From: Hormiphora californensis
Lineage: Eukaryota; Animalia; Ctenophora
NCBI GenBank assembly: GCA_020137815.1
Contig: CM035358.1
Span: forward strand, 8,060,001-8,124,000
Length of the DNA: 64,000 nucleotides
Direction: 5' to 3'
Shown: positions 10,307 through 27,377 of the stretch, in pieces
Layout of the letters: every line of letters begins with the position of its first letter
How positions within the stretch are numbered: position 1 is the first letter of the stretch
Position numbers and translations under genes: made by a program
Notes under the pieces: generated by a model
What the model was told of the DNA's origin: nothing
Databases searched by the model: none
What the model saw: the letters and a program-made list of their open reading frames with translations, nothing else

Positions 10307-13300
10307 GGAGAGGCGATTCAAACAATTCTGTTTTTCGTGGTGAATCTAGATCACACCGAAATAACCACAATTCTTCCCGTTTAGAATCTGATCGACCTCT
10401 CTCTAAAGAAATTTTGTTAAACGGTTACTGTCACGACCATCCGGTCAATTTCCTGATAGATACTGGTGCCCATGTTAGTTTGGTTGCTACCAGAATCGTC
10501 CACATTCTGGGATTTTCTACTGATCTACGTCCTTGTCGTAAACTCATTACTGGTCTAGGAAAACGGATCATTCCTATGCGAGGGGAGATTGATCTCCGTG
10601 TTCAAATTGGAACCTCCTACCGTACTGAAAAGTTTATAGTAAGTGACCATATTGATACTGACTTTTTACTGGGAATGGATGTTATCCGATCATTTGAAAT
10701 GATGATCGATATACCTCACAATTCTGTAAAGATTTCTGGACATAACTGTCACTATACTGATAAACCCACTCCTGTTAAACGTAGAGTGAAAGTTAAACTA
10801 TGTAAAACTATCACTATTCCTGCTAATTCTGCTAAGTTCGTACGAGGGTCTTTTCCCTTATCTTCCAACGACACCGGTCATGTATACCATTCACATGACT
10901 ACGAAGGAGTTATCGAACCATTCTGCAACTTATCACGCAAATGCAATTTACTGGTGACAGGTACGTTATCTTATTTTCAGGGAAACAAGCTTCACGTGCA
11001 TTGCATTAACCCGACAGATAATGATGTAATCCTGTACAAGAATCAGCTGATAGGCTTCTTCAACCCTATCGACCATTCTATCTCTTCTGAAATCAGATCA
11101 TTAAAACAGGTTACTGGAAAAGAGAATTGGTATAATTCTTCTACTGATATTCCACGCCTTTCTACTGCTTGTACTATTGAAGAGACCATTCAAAACGGAA
11201 AGTGGAAAGATGTCTCTGACCTTCTGAAACAGCTCAAGTTAGATGAGCTAGACCATGTTCCTGAACTCTACAGACATCAGCTAAGGGATCTGATCTGTGA
11301 GTACTCTCATGTATTTGCTCGAAATCCTAATGACTTAGGTCTTGCATCATTTTATGAATCACAACTTCACCTGAAGCGTGATTATGTTCCGAAATGGGTT
11401 CCCTCTCGTCCTGTTGGCCACCGGATTAAACCTTTTCTGGATGCTGAGATAACAGCCCTCTCAAAATCGGGTCAAATTTCTGCCTGCAAATATTCCCTTT
11501 GGAATAGTGCAGTATTCATGGTTCCTAAGAATTCTTCTGCTACTACTTCCTGGAGATTTGTAGTTGACGCTAGAAGTCTGAATTCTCAATGTATTCAGGA
11601 CAACTATGAATTACCTCGAATTGGTAACATTTTTGATAGACTTTCTGAACACAAAATCCTGTCTTCACTCGACTTCGTGAGCTCATTCACCCAAATTGGG
11701 CTGGAAGAGAAGAGTCGACCACTTACTGCCTTCACTTACAATGGTAAGCGTTTTATGTTTAATCGTATGATTCAAGGTCAATCTTCTTCAAGTGCTGAGT
11801 TTTCCAGAGCTATGGCTCTACTGTTTAACAAGGTACCGTTTAAAGCTTTGATTTTGTACATCGATGATCTTCTTGTGTGTAGCAACACGTATCCTGATCA
11901 CCTCAAGCGATTGAGATTTGTTTTTGATAGGCTGACTTTTGGAAACCTGAAGTTATCGCCCAAGAAAACTAAACTTTTTCAACAGGAGGTAAAGTTTCTT
12001 GGTTTACGGATTTCCAAAGACGGTATTTCTGTTGATTCTGATAAAGTTAAAGCTATCAGGAACCTTCCCACACCTACAAGTGTGAAACAGGTTCAAAAGT
12101 TTCTGGGTATGGTGAATTACCATCGTAACTTCATTCGAGGATTTGCGGAGATGGCTGCTCCTCTTTATGCTCTTACTGGTAAGAAATCACGATATGAATT
12201 TTCGTGGTCAAAATCCTGTCAAGAATCTTTTGATCTACTGAAAAAGGCAATGTCCTCCGCTCCTGTTCTATCAGTTCCTGATGTTAATGATGAACTGAAC
12301 TCTTATGTAGTGACTTTAGATGCGTCTAAACGTGGTCTAGGTGCTGTACTAACCCAACTAGATCCTAGAACAAGACAACGCAAAGTCATTTCCTATTACT
12401 CCAAGAAGGTACCTCTGCATCTACAAAAGTGGGGTGCTACCAGACTGGAATTTCTTGCGCTTCACTCTGCCATCATGCATTGGAAGCTCTACTTGCAGGG
12501 TAGTCACTTCACTGTATTGAGTGATTGCAAAGCATTGCTGAACATCCAGACTATCTTTTCTAAAGATAACGCGTACATGCAGCGTCGTATTGGTGATCTT
12601 TCTGGATATAACTTCACGATCAAACATGTAAGTGGAAAATCTCAAGATATTCAAATCGCTGATTATCTAAGTAGATACGCTCATGATATTTCTGAAAAGA
12701 CTGTAGCAACACAGACTAACCTTTCTGACACGAATTCTGTTGCACCTTCCGATAAGAAAAGGGTTCGTAAGATCAAGACTCAAGCTAGAGATTTGATTAA
12801 CCAATCCCTTTCTGATTCTTCAGGTCAAACTGATTCTGATAATGATGATCATGCTAATATTCCAGAGTTTTCTAGAATTTTAGCTGCTGCTCAATCTACT
12901 GGTTCTTCAGATGACCTGATTACATCTGACGATATTATGCATGGGTATGAACATGATATGATCCTTTCTGAAGTAATTGAATGGGTAACCAACGGTTCTA
13001 AACCAGATCTTGACTTGGCAACATGTCACAAAGAGATCGGTTACTTTTACCGTAAGTTCAATTTACTGAAGTTTAGCAAAGGATTATTGAAAATCAAAAC
13101 TTATGATACTGACACTTCTGAACACAAGTGGACTACTGTGATACCGCACACACTAATCATTCGTGCAATTTCATCTTTTCACAATCATGTAGGCAGTTGT
13201 CATCCTGGGATCAAGAACACTCTTGATCAACTTTCACGTCGTTTTCACTTCTACAAGATGAGGCAAGAAGTAAAACTTTATGTTTCTGCATGTGTCACTT

Positions 13301-15072
13301 GTCAGCGCTCGAAGTCCACGAATAGACCACTCAAAGCACCACTCAAGCCGATCATATACAGTTCATTTAATTCCTGTATCCAGATTGACCATCTGGAACC
13401 TTCTAAATCACGTACCCCTAGCGGTCACGTGGCTCTTCTGACCATTGTTGACATGTATAGCTCATATCTTGTTTGTGTTCCTGTTCGCTCTACAAGTGCT
13501 GAACACACAATTAAAGCTATCATGAAACATTGGATTTGCCGATTCGGTGTTCCTGATAGGATTCAAAGCGATCAAGGTGCTGGGTTTGAATCTCATTTAT
13601 TTAAGGAAGTCTGCAAAGTCTTCGGTATTGAAAAGATCCGGTCTACTCCCTGGAAATCTTCCACTCAAGGGAAAGTAGAATCCTGCCATAGGAGAATTAA
13701 CACCTGTTTCAGAGCTGTTTTGGGAAACAAAGACTTTCACAAGTACGATCAGTACATTGATTGGATCGTCTTTACTCTCAACTGTATGCGTTCTAACCGC
13801 ACTGGATACTCTCCTAACTTCCTTCTGTTTGGTCAAGAGGCACGTACTCCTCGAGATCTATTCCTGTCTGACACGAGTGATCGTGTACCTTCTGATTATG
13901 CTACTGAAGCCTACCGAATGTATTCCCACGTCCGTGAGACTACTCGAAAGGTTCGTGCTAAGATCCACAAACATGTCGAATACATGTGCACGAACTACGA
14001 TAAGAACGTGCGAGGACCATTCTTTGAGGAAGGTATGTCATGTATGTTACTTGTGAATGTTCCTAATCACAAGTTTTCTGAAAAGTGGACTGGCCCACAC
14101 TTAATTCTGAAGAAAATCAATGACTATAACTATGTTATTGATTTTAATGGTAAACGTAAAGTTGTGAGTATTACCAAGATGAAACATTTCAAGTCGAACA
14201 AATACTCAACTTCTGAACGTACTAATCCTATTCCGGAAATAGATCCTTCTGCTCTCCCTGCACGGTCAGACTTGGATGACGATTTCTTCAATACTTCATC
14301 TCTACCGTTCTACTCAACTCGATCTTCTACAAGACGATCACCTAATGTTTCTGCTCCCAATCATGTTCCTTCCCCCACTACTTCCTCCAAGAGGCGTTCT
14401 CAGCCTAACATCCCTGCTCCTACTTCTGCTCCTTCTTCTGTTCCGACTTCTGCCACTGAGTCCAATACGGATACAGAGCCGGAAAGAACGGAAACAGAAC
14501 CAGAGAGAATAGAGACAGAGATCATTGATCAACCACCTGATCCTACTTCCGATCCTATTCCCGATCCTACTCCTGATCCCACTCCTGATCCCACTCCTGA
14601 TCATACCACTGATCATACAGATGATCACACTACTGATCTTAATGACACTTTAACTTCAAATGATGAATTTTTAGATGCATTTGAAGATCCTGCTACCTCT
14701 CCTCCTGATAATGACCAAACTCTTTCTGAACCAACTACTGACCATCATGTTCATGACAATCCTGATCACACTCCAAAACGACAGCGACATCGAACGCAAT
14801 CGGAGAGTGATGTAGTACCTGGAACGAGCAAGTCAAGTGGGAGGAATACGCCTTACGATCTTAGGCCACTTCCAGATCGCTCAAGAGGTACCCAACTAAA
14901 GAAACCTACTTCTGTTACTACGAAGAGCACCTCTGATAGAGGGAAATCGAAGGTGAAAACGCCAAGAGCTCAGGAAAGTAGTAGTGATGCGGAAGGTAAG
15001 AAAGCAACGAGGAAATCAGAGAGGGTCCAGAATAAGATGAGTAAGATCTTAGGTCCTCCGAAGAAGAAATAA
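10303..15072 (+). CDS. pol: Pol (protease, RT, RNase H, integrase, long low-complexity tail), in -1 frame relative to gag
   Basis: FLIDTGA; YIDD; LDAS...SDC; H..H..C..C, QIDH, SDQG, VES; WTGPH. Confidence 0.96.
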   Translation: MRRGDSNNSVFRGESRSHRNNHNSSRLESDRPLSKEILLNGYCHDHPVNFLIDTGAHVSLVATRIVHILGFSTDLRPCRKLITGLGKRIIPMRGEIDLRVQIGTSYRTEKFIVSDHIDTDFLLGMDVIRSFEMMIDIPHNSVKISGHNCHYTDKPTPVKRRVKVKLCKTITIPANSAKFVRGSFPLSSNDTGHVYHSHDYEGVIEPFCNLSRKCNLLVTGTLSYFQGNKLHVHCINPTDNDVILYKNQLIGFFNPIDHSISSEIRSLKQVTGKENWYNSSTDIPRLSTACTIEETIQNGKWKDVSDLLKQLKLDELDHVPELYRHQLRDLICEYSHVFARNPNDLGLASFYESQLHLKRDYVPKWVPSRPVGHRIKPFLDAEITALSKSGQISACKYSLWNSAVFMVPKNSSATTSWRFVVDARSLNSQCIQDNYELPRIGNIFDRLSEHKILSSLDFVSSFTQIGLEEKSRPLTAFTYNGKRFMFNRMIQGQSSSSAEFSRAMALLFNKVPFKALILYIDDLLVCSNTYPDHLKRLRFVFDRLTFGNLKLSPKKTKLFQQEVKFLGLRISKDGISVDSDKVKAIRNLPTPTSVKQVQKFLGMVNYHRNFIRGFAEMAAPLYALTGKKSRYEFSWSKSCQESFDLLKKAMSSAPVLSVPDVNDELNSYVVTLDASKRGLGAVLTQLDPRTRQRKVISYYSKKVPLHLQKWGATRLEFLALHSAIMHWKLYLQGSHFTVLSDCKALLNIQTIFSKDNAYMQRRIGDLSGYNFTIKHVSGKSQDIQIADYLSRYAHDISEKTVATQTNLSDTNSVAPSDKKRVRKIKTQARDLINQSLSDSSGQTDSDNDDHANIPEFSRILAAAQSTGSSDDLITSDDIMHGYEHDMILSEVIEWVTNGSKPDLDLATCHKEIGYFYRKFNLLKFSKGLLKIKTYDTDTSEHKWTTVIPHTLIIRAISSFHNHVGSCHPGIKNTLDQLSRRFHFYKMRQEVKLYVSACVTCQRSKSTNRPLKAPLKPIIYSSFNSCIQIDHLEPSKSRTPSGHVALLTIVDMYSSYLVCVPVRSTSAEHTIKAIMKHWICRFGVPDRIQSDQGAGFESHLFKEVCKVFGIEKIRSTPWKSSTQGKVESCHRRINTCFRAVLGNKDFHKYDQYIDWIVFTLNCMRSNRTGYSPNFLLFGQEARTPRDLFLSDTSDRVPSDYATEAYRMYSHVRETTRKVRAKIHKHVEYMCTNYDKNVRGPFFEEGMSCMLLVNVPNHKFSEKWTGPHLILKKINDYNYVIDFNGKRKVVSITKMKHFKSNKYSTSERTNPIPEIDPSALPARSDLDDDFFNTSSLPFYSTRSSTRRSPNVSAPNHVPSPTTSSKRRSQPNIPAPTSAPSSVPTSATESNTDTEPERTETEPERIETEIIDQPPDPTSDPIPDPTPDPTPDPTPDHTTDHTDDHTTDLNDTLTSNDEFLDAFEDPATSPPDNDQTLSEPTTDHHVHDNPDHTPKRQRHRTQSESDVVPGTSKSSGRNTPYDLRPLPDRSRGTQLKKPTSVTTKSTSDRGKSKVKTPRAQESSSDAEGKKATRKSERVQNKMSKILGPPKKK

Positions 15073-15902
15073 GGGTTTGGTGACCCTTCCTCGACACAGG
15101 TATCTATATCTGGTACCTATCCTACAAGTACATTTCGTACTGTTTGTCTTGATGACGTCACACAGGCACACTCACTTTCTCAGTCTGTGGAGATTGCAGT
15201 GAGTTACTACCTTTGGATCTAATCTGATGTCATCATGCATTCACCCTTGCTTTTTAAAAGCAAGTTTTCTGAGAGCGAGAGTTATGTGGAGAGATGTTGT
15301 TGTCCTATCTCACAAAGCACGCATTCACAGTGAGCTGATGCGTTACGGATAGTCATGTGGTGTCCTTTAAGTCAAGAGTTGAGGCGGGATTCCAACTTTC
15401 ACGGCGTTAATTTTGATGCACTAAGGTTGCATAGTTGTCTGGGAGACACAATTAGTACGCTTGACACGCACATGTTATCACTGGATTCATGAAATGAAGT
15501 TACTGAATTTCTGTCATTTATTGAAATAATGATACAATTACACCTTACTTTTAATTACTGAGTTACTGAAACTAATGACTTTATTAATGAAACTTTTCTG
15601 AAATATTTAATTCTGAATAATTTCTGAATCTATTCTGACAAATCCTACTGAACTTTTTCCAAGCTAACCAGCGCAGATTTGTTATGAAGTCCATTTTGGC
15701 CGACCTACTAGTCCTTCTGGTTTCTCTACTAGTCCATTTTGCCCATCATACTAGTCCTTCTGGCTTTGCTAACTAGTCCTTCTGATGGAACTTCACGTCC
15801 CTGAGGAGGCTAACGATAGAAAAAGACTGAATTTAATGATGCTCTCTAAATTTTGAACAATTTAAAAACTATTTAACTATTTATTTTTTTTGAGAGAGGA
15901 TT

Positions 15903-16077
15903 TGTTATAGGTTCTATCACGCGTATATTCTCAGAGTATTATATATCGCAAGTTCTACTGATAACGATTCACTTCTGTACTTCTTATATTATACTTGTAA
16001 CACTTCTTATTCTGTTACTGCACCACAAGTAACTAGTCGTCAAGTAGTAACCAAAACCACACATACGTTTTATAATA
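15903..16077 (+). repeat. 3' LTR
   Basis: Identical to the 5' LTR; follows the PPT. Confidence 0.95.
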
Positions 16078-17102
16078 ACCTGCACCATCCGTTCCTAGCC
16101 TATCTCTCACTTTCTCCCTACTCATGTTGGTGTACGCTCTGGACTTCCTGACAATGTCGAGGTGCGAATTTAAGAGATCAATGTCATGGAGGTGCAGTGC
16201 TGTTCCAGAAACTCATCACGTGAAAACTTGGCCGCTATGTAGCCGATTTGGAGATTTCTATATTCGACTGGAGTAATCACCCTTGGGCGACTTTGGGTAA
16301 AGCTATCCGTAGTCGTTGATTGGCTCGCTTGAACACGTTGGCGTAATCTGTCATATTATCTAGCCTGCTCCCTGACAGCAGCAGTTCTCCTGGACCTAGA
16401 TAAACGTTGCCGAATAGCACTTTGGGTGGAAGAGCTAGACATCAGGACAGAAGTAAAAGAATGCACGTGCAGAATTGAATTTCCCCTTGGTACCCAACTG
16501 CAACTGGGAGAGAGGTCTCCACTATCCAGGTCCCTCTAATAATTGCACGTGCAAGTGTAGTTGCTAGGTGACCACCGTTACACAATTTGCTTAGTAAGTA
16601 GTATGATTATTATTATTATAAACGCGCAAAACAATTCCGCGCACGACTTTGGGGGGTGAACAGTTGAAAAAAAATGGACATTAGGCCAACCCAGAAAACT
16701 GAAAAGGCAAAAGCGTGAAAAACAAGCTCCTTGCTTTCGTCTTTCAATTGTTTTGGCATGAGGAAACGTTTATTGAAATTAATTAAGCGATTGATTGATG
16801 TTTGATTTTAATAGAAATATTATTTTAACGGTTCACCAACTTTTACTTTGTTGTTTGCGGCTAGCCGAAGGTAGCAACTAGCAACGGCCGCCCCTAACAC
16901 ACTTAGTAGGCTTTCACACCCACTACCCCGGCAAAGTCGCTTTGCTCAGGCTGAAGCAGGATGACCGTGCTAAACCATCGGGCGACACCGAGTGGAGCAA
17001 GAGCTGATCACGTGATCTCGACAGGGGTTCCGGGTATCACACTACTACATTTGGGGAATTCCAATTTGTTTATCTAATATTCTAATAAAACAACTTACTA
17101 GA

Positions 17103-22657
<5,555 letters not shown>

Positions 22658-23404
22658 AATTTACCATTTTGTTTGAAGTATCACAAAATTGGACAGTATG
22701 CACGTGTATAAACTGTGTAATAATGACCATCATATTTTATCTGAAAGCGATATTATTTTATCTGTATTTTTACCTTTAACTCAAGAATGTATATGTAGAA
22801 ACATACCACTGTTACCTATGATACCCCCCCCCCCCCCACACAACGGGACCTGCCATCTGGCACGAACCACAAGATGAAGAAGGTGGTTCAAGGGTTCGGG
22901 GTGCGTCTCCTTGATCTTGAGTTATCATTTTATCTTGAAGTGTTAATATATGTGTGTTGAAGTGAAGATATCAGCTTATTATCCAGTTTATGTAACAATA
23001 ATTTAAGTTTTCCCGCTCCAAAATTCCTTGTTTTAGTAGACTGAGTTTTGGGTATCATGGGTGAGAACTGAGAGCAGGCAAGATACGAATACATTGCTGC
23101 AACAGATACTGGTAACAGGAAACAGAGCTTCCTGGGCCCTGGCTATTATCTTTCTAGTAAAGAGTTATTGAGGGAGACTCTCTCTTTCTCCCGGAGAGGG
23201 TATCTCGGATACAAGTGGTCTCGATAGAAGTCCCTTTACTTGGTGTGGGGCGCGGGGACTGACTGGTAATGCAGCGCGCGCGATAATCCCATTCAATGCG
23301 GTTTAGCCCCGACAGTCAACCGATGCTCCCATCCGTGCGCTGACAAGGGGCATGAGACCAGTGAGATCATTATATGCATACCTGACACCTTGTTGGAAGA
23401 ACTA

Positions 23405-24279
23405 CCGTGTGCGGCAAAAAAAATCCCCCCTAGACCACCATAGTTGCCGATGTGGTGGAGAGCTGTAACTTGGCAGGGTTGCTCCACTATGTCTATCTTG
23501 ATCCTGACAGAAAAATCAGAGCTCTAGCTCAAAATTCATTTTCATGAACGGAATGAACATTGTCATTCATTCCAGGAAAAAATATTTTCCGGTCCAAAAT
23601 TTAACTAATTATGTTTGGCTATCGATTAGCTTTCCAATGTGACCAAGATCAGCTAAATTGGACAACCACAAGAGACACAGTGTCATGTTTCTTAAAGTTA
23701 GTCAGGTCATGTGATCTTCACTGAATCGTTGATCGTGTTCAGTATTACGAATTGGTCTAAGTGGTAGAGAATCACGTATCACATCTGCTAATGAGGGATG
23801 ACGATGCTGATTGGTCATCAGATCTGTAGCTCTTTGATAAATGTCCTCTTTCCTCGAATCACATCACCCTGTATTGGTACACATACCCAATTAGCGGCCA
23901 TGATACGAGATTCCTTTGCCCATTGGCCCGATTAGCAATCCCGGAAACTCAACGATTCGGTGAAGATCACATGACCTGACTAACTTAAAGCAACATGACA
24001 CTGTGTCTCTTGTGGTTGTCCAATTTAGCTGATCTTGGTCACATTGGAAAGCAAATCGATAGCCAAACATAATTAGTTAAATTTTGGACCGGAAAATATT
24101 TTTTCCTGGAATGAATGACAATGTTCATTCCGTTCATGAAAATGAATTTTGAGCTAGAGCTCTGATTTTTCTGTCAGGATCAAGATAGACATAGTGGAGC
24201 AACCCTGCCAAGTTACAGCTCTCCACCACATCGGCAACTATGGTGGTCTAGGGGGGGGGATTTTTTTTGCCGCACACGG
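23405..24279. mobile_element. Tc1/mariner-type non-autonomous element with ~330-bp TIRs
   Basis: TA|CCGTGTGCGGC...GCCGCACACGG|TA, near-perfect arms. Confidence 0.9.
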
Positions 24280-26089
24280 TACCACCAGGTGCCTCTTAGA
24301 GTCATGATAGTTAGTTTGCCGAGTAGTGGCATTTCCACAATGGTCGAATACAAACACGAGGGGTTTGTTTTTACAAATTCAATCGAGAAAAGAAAACCTG
24401 ACAACAATATTTTACAAATCTTCAAAATCAAATCAGAGTCACTATCATCAGTCATCTGGATCTCTGCCTCAAATTATTTCATATCTATTAAATACACATT
24501 GTCAGTGTCAACACACAACACACAAAACAGTCAAAATCACTAAAATCACTATCATTCCAGTTCCACAGCGTTTAGTGCCATGCACCATAGTGGTGGTTAG
24601 CAGTGGTTAGTAGCTAGTGGTTAATAGTGGTTAGCAGTGGTTAGTAGCTAGTGGTGATCGTCAACTACACGGACTGCACAATTAGTGATAATTAATGATA
24701 ATTAGTGATATTTATTTATGATTTATTTATTTCCAATGCCATCCTCTGATTTCAGAAATTCCTGAAGAACTCTTACACTGCTTCACAACCTAAGGGGGGG
24801 GGGGGGAGAGTTGTTTGATATATTAAATAGATAGCAAAATTTAGACAGATTCTGCTTTTTTGAGGCCGAGGTGAATTATAGTAAACACACTTTTTTATCA
24901 CACACTCATCACCCAAGTGTTTGCTGTCTCTGCATCTCTGTGTCAGTCTCTGTCTCTCTTTGCCTCTGTCTCTCTCGAATGTTATTAACTTCTATAACAT
25001 TAACCATATAATGCGAAGGCGGTTATACATGCGCCCGTTATTCGAATATTCGGTCCGTATATTATATCAGCTTTTATCTTGGTAACGAAGTTACCCCTCC
25101 CTTGCCGGCGCGGCGTGCGAAGCACGCCAAACGAAGGCCGCGAAGCGGCCTGAGTAGGGGTAACAAACCCGCTTTGATTCACTTCAAAAATTAATAGCTC
25201 CTCAACCACTCACTGAAAATGCACCAAATTTTGGTATTCCCCACCAAATTGTCTGAAAATTATAATTCTGTACTCATATTTCAAAAATTATCCCCGGAAC
25301 CTTGGTTTTGAAATCAGTTTTAGGTGTTAATGATGAAAAAAATTTTTGAAAAAGTAGGTCAGGTATGCTCAACATCATAACAAAGATCGTGGCAAAGTTT
25401 GAAGTTTCTATCTTTAAAGGTCTGGCCATCAAAATTAAAAAGGTCTTGAAGTTGAACCATTTGTTCAAAACATGTTGTAACTCAGCTTCTACTTTGCCAA
25501 ATTAAACCTGGTTTGAAACACTGAACTGCTAATCTATCCCTCCGAATACGGACGAAGTTTGAAACCGCCAGCTCTATTGGCCGCTCTGCAATACTTGTTT
25601 GTGTCAAAGAAATCAGGAAAGTAACGAGATTTGGTCTCGGTGTGGCCCTGTGCGCGGCTCAAACCCCTTAGGCTAGAACTATGTAGTGTAGACTACAACT
25701 TTTCAGTGCTCAGTATGACGCTTTGGGCGCGTTATAAAAATATGGTAAGCGGGTCAGATACCTCTAAACAGAGTGTGAGGTGTCTTCGATACCAACTTTT
25801 ATCTGACACTATGTCTGTTTGTACAATGTACACTCATAAGAGCGGTTTACTCGAGGGGCTGGACGGAATAGAAAGCTTTGTAGCTCGAGCCGGTTTGGGC
25901 TTGGTGACGCAGTCACCCTTACAACTCGCGCGCTTAGCGTGCGAAAACGAAGCCCGCGAAGTAAAGCGGGCAGAGAGGTGATGGCGTCACCAAGGTTTGG
26001 GCCTGTAATGTCAACAATGGGGCATGGGCCTAATTGTTTATCACACTGCCTTTTTAACATGTTTGAACTAATAACTCCATGTTCAATAC

Positions 26090-26198
26090 CAGAAACCGAC
26101 CGAAACAAGTAAACAACCAATCATAACTCGTTATTTAGGTCACGTGACTGGTTATCAGCCAATCAGGGACCAGTATTTCCTGATTCGGTCGGTTCCTG
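26090..26198. mobile_element. hAT-type MITE (partial inverted copy at ~26633-26715)
   Basis: CAG(A/G)AACCGACCGAA TIRs with an 8-bp TTCAATAC TSD. Confidence 0.88.
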
Positions 26199-26217
26199 TT
26201 CAATACCTAGCACCATT

Positions 26218-26615
26218 ATGCTATCTATTACCCTACTATTGCTGCTTCTCCAGCCCCCCTGCACGTGTTCCGATCCCACATGGTGCGTGAAGGGTACCGG
26301 AGGGAACTATCGGGGAACTTCCAACACCACAAGAACTGGGAGAACCTGCCAGGCATGGGCAGCAGATTCGCCCCACATCACCTATCCCTCTTACGATAAG
26401 TGAGTAAACACTTATTTTTATCTATAGGGTATCTACACGTATCATTTATATTTTGCAGAAATTCAAAATCTCATTCCTTTTTATCAGGTATCAAAATGAC
26501 AGTTTGATTGAGAATTACTGCCGTAACCCGGATATGGATAGAGACACACATGTATGGTGCTATACTATGGACAGTGATACGCGATGGGAATACTGTTCAG
26601 TTACCAAGTGTCCTG
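26218..26615 (+). CDS. Signal peptide plus kringle domain (exons 26218-26399 and 26488-26615); gene continues downstream
   Basis: C...NYRG...T.TGRTCQAW; NYCRNPD...WCYT...RWEYC...C. Ends at a phase-1 GTAAG donor. Confidence 0.88.
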
Positions 26616-27156
26616 GTAAGCTTGATTATTTGCAGGAACCGACCGAATCAGGAAATACTGTTCCCTGATTGGCTGATAACCAGTCACGTGACCTAAATAA
26701 CGAGTTCTGATTGGTCCTGACAACATTTCACCACCACATCCACCATTACCACTAACTCAGATATAACTCAGATATAATTTGGCAAATCGCATCCCTCTGT
26801 ATCTGCCTCTCTCTTTCTCATTCTGGGGCCATTACTGCCATTTGTTCTAGTTAGTACAAGCGACCAAGCAAATAATCAAGCGGCGGAGGGGTCGTCACCT
26901 TTTATTTTGTCTACTTATATCTACTGCACTGCTAAGTAGACAAATACTTACAGACTTAGCACTTTCAAATTTTCAGCGCTAAATTGAAATCTTGTTTTTG
27001 TCCTACTTGTGCAGTTTCAGATATCAAATAAGTCAACAAAACCATGATATATTTGAGATTTCTATCGTTATATAATATTAGAAATTCATTACATACTTCA
27101 CTTCAGGTTTTGTCTACTTTTGGTCAAATAAAGTTGACGCCCCCCCCCCCCCCCCC

Positions 27157-27305
27157 AAACAAACAAACAAACAAACAAACAAACAAACAAACAAACAAAC
27201 AAACAAACAAACAAACAAACAAACAAACAAACAAACAAACAAACAAACAAACAAACAAACAAACAAACAAACAAACAAACAAACAAACAAACAAACAAAC
27301 AAACA
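27157..27305. repeat. (AAAC)n microsatellite preceded by poly-C
   Basis: Direct inspection. Confidence 0.98.
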
Positions 27306-27311
27306 ATCCCC

Positions 27312-27377
27312 TACCTTCAGTACAATCTTCTTCATCTCCTCATCAGGAGACTGGAACTCTCGTATCAAGATCAACAT
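27312..27377 (-). pseudogene. SF3B1: Orphan SF3B1 exon fragment
   Basis: MLILIREFQSPDEEMKKIVLKV matches the conserved SF3B1 HEAT-repeat peptide and ends at AAG|GTAGGG. Confidence 0.8.

Larger units (their letters stand above)
9038..16077 (+). mobile_element. Intact Ty3/Gypsy LTR retrotransposon
   Basis: Identical 175-bp LTRs, ACCT TSD (9034-9037 and 16078-16081), PBS-position TGGAGCC at 9215, PPT gagagagga before the 3' LTR, PR-RT-RH-IN order. Confidence 0.96.
8965..16606 (-). mobile_element. Non-autonomous Helitron (~600 bp: 8965-9037 and 16082-16606), interrupted by Gypsy
   Basis: Minus strand starts TCATACTAC, ends with a cgcccgtagggcg hairpin then CTAG. Inserted at A|T in the (TTA)n tail with no TSD. 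Confidence 0.8.
3214..16617 (+). mobile_element. Full-length CR1/L2-group non-LTR retrotransposon (body 3214-8964; (TTA)n tail split by Helitron, remainder 16607-16617)
   Basis: Intact ORF1 and ORF2, long 3'UTR, (TTA)n tail, ATAAAC direct repeat at 3208-3213 and 16618-16623 (TSD). Confidence 0.9.
3120..16683. mobile_element. Small palindromic MITE split by the LINE nest (arms ~3120-3213 and 16618-16683)
   Basis: agtccatttttattcaactgttcacccctcaactcgtgcgcg (3121-3162) is the reverse complement of cgcgcacgactttggggggtgaacagttgaaaaaaaatggac (16638-16679). Confidence 0.7.

Noticed and set aside
15073-15492. Possible env/ORF3 or read-through after pol
   Set aside because: The pol frame continues but has two internal stops; no signal peptide, TM segment or recognisable motif.
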